The translations under genes and the position numbers were made by a program. The notes under the pieces were generated by a model. The model saw only the letters and a program-made list of their open reading frames with translations. It searched no databases and was not told where the DNA came from. From an uncultured Candidatus Saccharibacteria bacterium (lineage in GTDB: Bacteria > Patescibacteriota > SICC01), in assembly GCA_964525455.1 (NCBI GenBank), contig CAZGHP010000011.1:336-24335 (forward strand): 24,000 bases of DNA, read 5' to 3'. This document shows, one piece after another, positions 21,434 through 24,000 of this stretch (the stretch's first letter is position 1; every line of letters begins with the position of its first letter).

Positions 21434-22375
21434 GTGCAGGAAACACACACCGGCCAAGACCACCACCGGCCGTCCGGGGCCGCCCGGAAGCAGCCCGGCC
21501 TGAAGCGCCAGTACTTCGTGGTAGCGCTGGTGGCGATCGGCATCTCGCTCCTGCTCTCGCCGCCGCGGCAGCCGGTGCACCGGACGGAGACCGCCCAGGC
21601 GCTAGCCGGTCTCCCGGAAGTCCGGTCGCAGGAAGCGCTGACGATCCGGATCGCCCAGACCCTCGGCGAAGGACACATCGGCATCGCCGCCAAGGACCTC
21701 CGGACCGGCGAAACGTTCGCGCTCGGCGCGGACGAGACGTTCGACGCCGCTTCCACCATGAAGCTCGTGATCGTGGGGTTCATGTACCACGAGGCCTCGA
21801 ACAACCGCTTCGACCTCGACGAAGTCCTCACGCTGTCGCCGGGCGAGATCCAGCCGTACGGCACCGGCACGATCCATCTGCAGCCGGCGCCGCACCGTTA
21901 CAGCTGGCGGGAGCTCGCGCGGCTGACGATGGAGAAGTCGGACAACACGGCCGCCTATGTGCTGGCTGCCCGGCTCGACAAGGCCAAGCTCCAGCGGTTC
22001 GCGGACGAGCAGGGACTGGCCGGCACTTCGATCGAAAGAAACGTCACGACCCCGCGTGACATGCTGCACTACCTGGAGCGGCTCTACGCCGGGCGGGTCG
22101 CCGACGAAGTCCTGACGGAAGAGCTCCTCGGTATCCTCGATGACAGCGACTTCGAGGAGCGCATCCCCGGACAGCTCCCCGAAGAGACGACCGTGTATCA
22201 CAAGACCGGCGACGCCTTCAACGGCGGCCAGCACGACGCCGGCATCGTCGTCTACGAAGGCCATCCGTACGTCGTGGCGATCTTCACCGAGCGCGTCACC
22301 GGCGACATCGGCCTCACCCGCACCAAGATCGCCGAGGCTTCGCGCGACATCTTCGCGTACTACTTGAACCGGTAG
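21434..22375 (+). CDS. Class A beta-lactamase-fold serine hydrolase with N-terminal membrane anchor, 313 aa
   Basis: SxxK (STMK), SDN (EKSDNTA) and KTG (YHKTGDA) motifs occur in the correct order. An N-terminal basic segment is followed by a TM helix. Confidence 0.8.
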   Translation: MQETHTGQDHHRPSGAARKQPGLKRQYFVVALVAIGISLLLSPPRQPVHRTETAQALAGLPEVRSQEALTIRIAQTLGEGHIGIAAKDLRTGETFALGADETFDAASTMKLVIVGFMYHEASNNRFDLDEVLTLSPGEIQPYGTGTIHLQPAPHRYSWRELARLTMEKSDNTAAYVLAARLDKAKLQRFADEQGLAGTSIERNVTTPRDMLHYLERLYAGRVADEVLTEELLGILDDSDFEERIPGQLPEETTVYHKTGDAFNGGQHDAGIVVYEGHPYVVAIFTERVTGDIGLTRTKIAEASRDIFAYYLNR

Positions 22376-22389
22376 GTCATACCCCGTGG

Positions 22390-23427
22390 TTATCCGCCGA
22401 GCTGCCGTTCATAGAACGCCCCGATTCCCCGTGCGAACCGGCTCCAGTCCGCGCCCTCGAAGATGTGTGGCGCGTCCGGGTAGGTGATGAATTCGGTCGA
22501 TCGGCCGAGCCGCTCGAGTTCCGCTGCCAAGTCCGCCGACCACTGATAGGGAACCTGGGTATCGGCGGTGCCGTGGTGGATCTGCACCGGTGCACGGAAG
22601 TCACCCAGATACGGCAACGCGGACAACCGGCGGTAGACATCCGGGACCTCCTCGAGCGACCCGAAGCGGGCGTCGAACGGCGCCTTGTACGACGGGTTCC
22701 AGACTTCGGTGACCCGGCGGTAGTTCTCGGACTCGTCGGCGTTCATCGCACCGTAGAGCACCACCGCCCGGTACCAGTCAGGCCGCGCCGCGACGGCCTT
22801 GAGCGTGACGTCGCCGCCCATCGAATGTCCCCAGATGCCGATCCGATCCGCAGCGACCGCCGGGTCCCCCCGGAGCGAGGCGGTGAGGTTCAGGACGTCG
22901 AAGTAGTAGGCGTTCCGGGTCAGGTACACGTCGGGGTATCGGCTGGAGCCGGCATGGTTACGGTAGTCCGGCGCGACGGTGAGGAATCCGCGATCAGCCA
23001 GGTAGTCGAGCTCCCGCTTGGTGCCGTCGCCCGGCTCATACCCCGGTACCGGATAGTACCCGTGGTTCAGGATGACTGCCGGAAACGGCCCGTCTCCCGC
23101 GGGAACGTTCATCAGGCCGGTGATCCGAAGTCCGTCGCTCGGGTAACTGATCGCGTAGGTGGTATAGGCGCCGGTCTCCGCGAGCTTCCGCTCCCGGACG
23201 ATCCCGCCGCCGGGAAAGTCACGGCTCCGCGCGCGCTCGATGAAGAAATCCTCCGGCGGATCCAAGACCAGCGGTTCCGCGGGCGACGGCGCGGGGCTCG
23301 GTGCCACCGCCGGCGCCGGCGTACCCACCGGTCCGTTCTCCGGGGCGGCCAGGAAGACCCGCCAAGTCACGGCCGCCAGCAGGGCGGCGGCGGACAAGAC
23401 GAAGAAAATGACTCTTTTCCGAGACAT
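22390..23427 (-). CDS. Secreted or anchored alpha/beta hydrolase (S9 / dienelactone-hydrolase-like)
   Basis: Nucleophile elbow GIWGHSMGG and a C-terminal HHGTAD motif. Signal/TM segment MSRKRVIFFVLSAAALLAAV. ATG 23427 is preferred over the GTG at 23451, which abuts the rpoD stop. Confidence 0.75.
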   Translation of the reverse strand: MSRKRVIFFVLSAAALLAAVTWRVFLAAPENGPVGTPAPAVAPSPAPSPAEPLVLDPPEDFFIERARSRDFPGGGIVRERKLAETGAYTTYAISYPSDGLRITGLMNVPAGDGPFPAVILNHGYYPVPGYEPGDGTKRELDYLADRGFLTVAPDYRNHAGSSRYPDVYLTRNAYYFDVLNLTASLRGDPAVAADRIGIWGHSMGGDVTLKAVAARPDWYRAVVLYGAMNADESENYRRVTEVWNPSYKAPFDARFGSLEEVPDVYRRLSALPYLGDFRAPVQIHHGTADTQVPYQWSADLAAELERLGRSTEFITYPDAPHIFEGADWSRFARGIGAFYERQLGG

Positions 23428-23451
23428 GGTCGGGTTGGACGGCGGCAACAC

Positions 23452-24000
23452 CTAGCTCAGGTATTCCCGGAGTTTCTTGGCTTCCTGCTTCTTCTTGAGC
23501 TTGGCGAGCGCCTTCGCCTCGATCTGCCGGATCCGTTCGCGCGTCACGCCGAATTCCGAACCGACTTCCTCGAGCGTGTGGGTCTTGCCGGAATCTACTC
23601 CGAACCGCATCCTGATGATCTTCTGTTCGCGCGGCGTAAGCTCGGCGAGCACGCGGCGGATGCTCTCCTTCATCAGCTGGGTCGCCGCCAAATCCTGGGG
23701 ACTCTCGGTTTCATCATCAAGGATGAAGTCGCCGAGCCGGGAATCCTCCTCCTCGCCGACCGGCGCTTCGAGAGAAACCGTCTCCTGCGAGATCTTCAGG
23801 ATATGCTGGACCTTCTCGACCTCGATCTCCATCTCCGCAGCGATCTCCTCGGGCAGCGGTTCGCGCCCAAGGTCCTGCACCAGCCGCCGCTGGGTGCGCA
23901 CCAGCTTGTTGATGGTCTCGACCATGTGGACCGGGATCCGGATCGTCCGGGCCTGGTCCGCGATCGCACGGGTGATCGCCTGGCGGATCCACCAGGTCGC
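23452..24000 (-). CDS. rpoD: Primary-type RNA polymerase sigma-70 factor, C-terminal part (regions 2.4-4.2); 5' end outside the window
   Basis: The frame is open to the window end. It reads [32 protein letters not shown]... then ...[27 protein letters not shown]. Confidence 0.9.
   Translation of the reverse strand, partial: ATWWIRQAITRAIADQARTIRIPVHMVETINKLVRTQRRLVQDLGREPLPEEIAAEMEIEVEKVQHILKISQETVSLEAPVGEEEDSRLGDFILDDETESPQDLAATQLMKESIRRVLAELTPREQKIIRMRFGVDSGKTHTLEEVGSEFGVTRERIRQIEAKALAKLKKKQEAKKLREYLS

Noticed and set aside
1-24000. Searched by eye for CRISPR arrays, long tandem repeats, IS elements with terminal inverted repeats, integrases, reverse transcriptases and rRNA.
   Set aside because: None seen. 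No regularly spaced direct repeats, and no transposase, integrase or RT motifs in any track ORF.

Overview
High-GC bacterial chromosomal window (roughly two-thirds G+C by eye; lineage not assignable from this sequence alone), tightly packed and mostly on the minus strand. It has a strong Fe-S/redox theme. Genes, in order: M17 aminopeptidase (partial); an unknown ORF; an alkyltransferase-like (ATL) protein; a suf operon ordered sufC-sufB-NUDIX-sufD-sufS-sufU, followed by a DUF1858 redox-disulfide protein and a small ferredoxin; a DUF4234/DUF3862 membrane protein; an Fe/Mn-type SOD; a DUF1761 membrane protein; a PduO-type corrinoid adenosyltransferase; a two-subunit 2-oxoacid:ferredoxin oxidoreductase; a small ORF plus an ABC-2 exporter pair; flavodoxin; two head-to-head gene remnants; a 292-aa orphan protein; a GltS-family symporter; hisH; an MDR quinone oxidoreductase; tRNA-Asn(GTT); a class-A beta-lactamase-fold hydrolase; an alpha/beta hydrolase; and the 3' part of rpoD. 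The stand-out observation is a complete type III hammerhead ribozyme motif at 20100-20152 (+). It lies exactly on the left edge of a ~1.2 kb low-GC islet wedged between qor and the 3' end of tRNA-Asn. The islet carries a YdeI-like gene, a DUF2200 gene and a 62-aa membrane protein, and no integrase. It is bracketed by a 7-bp direct repeat, CTTACTC; the left copy is the ribozyme substrate strand, and the predicted scissile bond falls at that copy's 3' edge. Secondary observations: a compositionally distinct NUDIX gene spliced into the suf operon; a terminator/antiterminator-like leader upstream of the small ORF and ABC-2 genes; a 19-nt motif repeated in two intergenic regions; a rearrangement scar (truncated XRE HTH abutting a truncated membrane anchor); and several -10-like hexamers 6-9 nt from start codons, which suggests leaderless mRNAs. 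The long antisense ORFs in the track are treated as high-GC artefacts. All family assignments come from reading motifs by eye; no database search was run.
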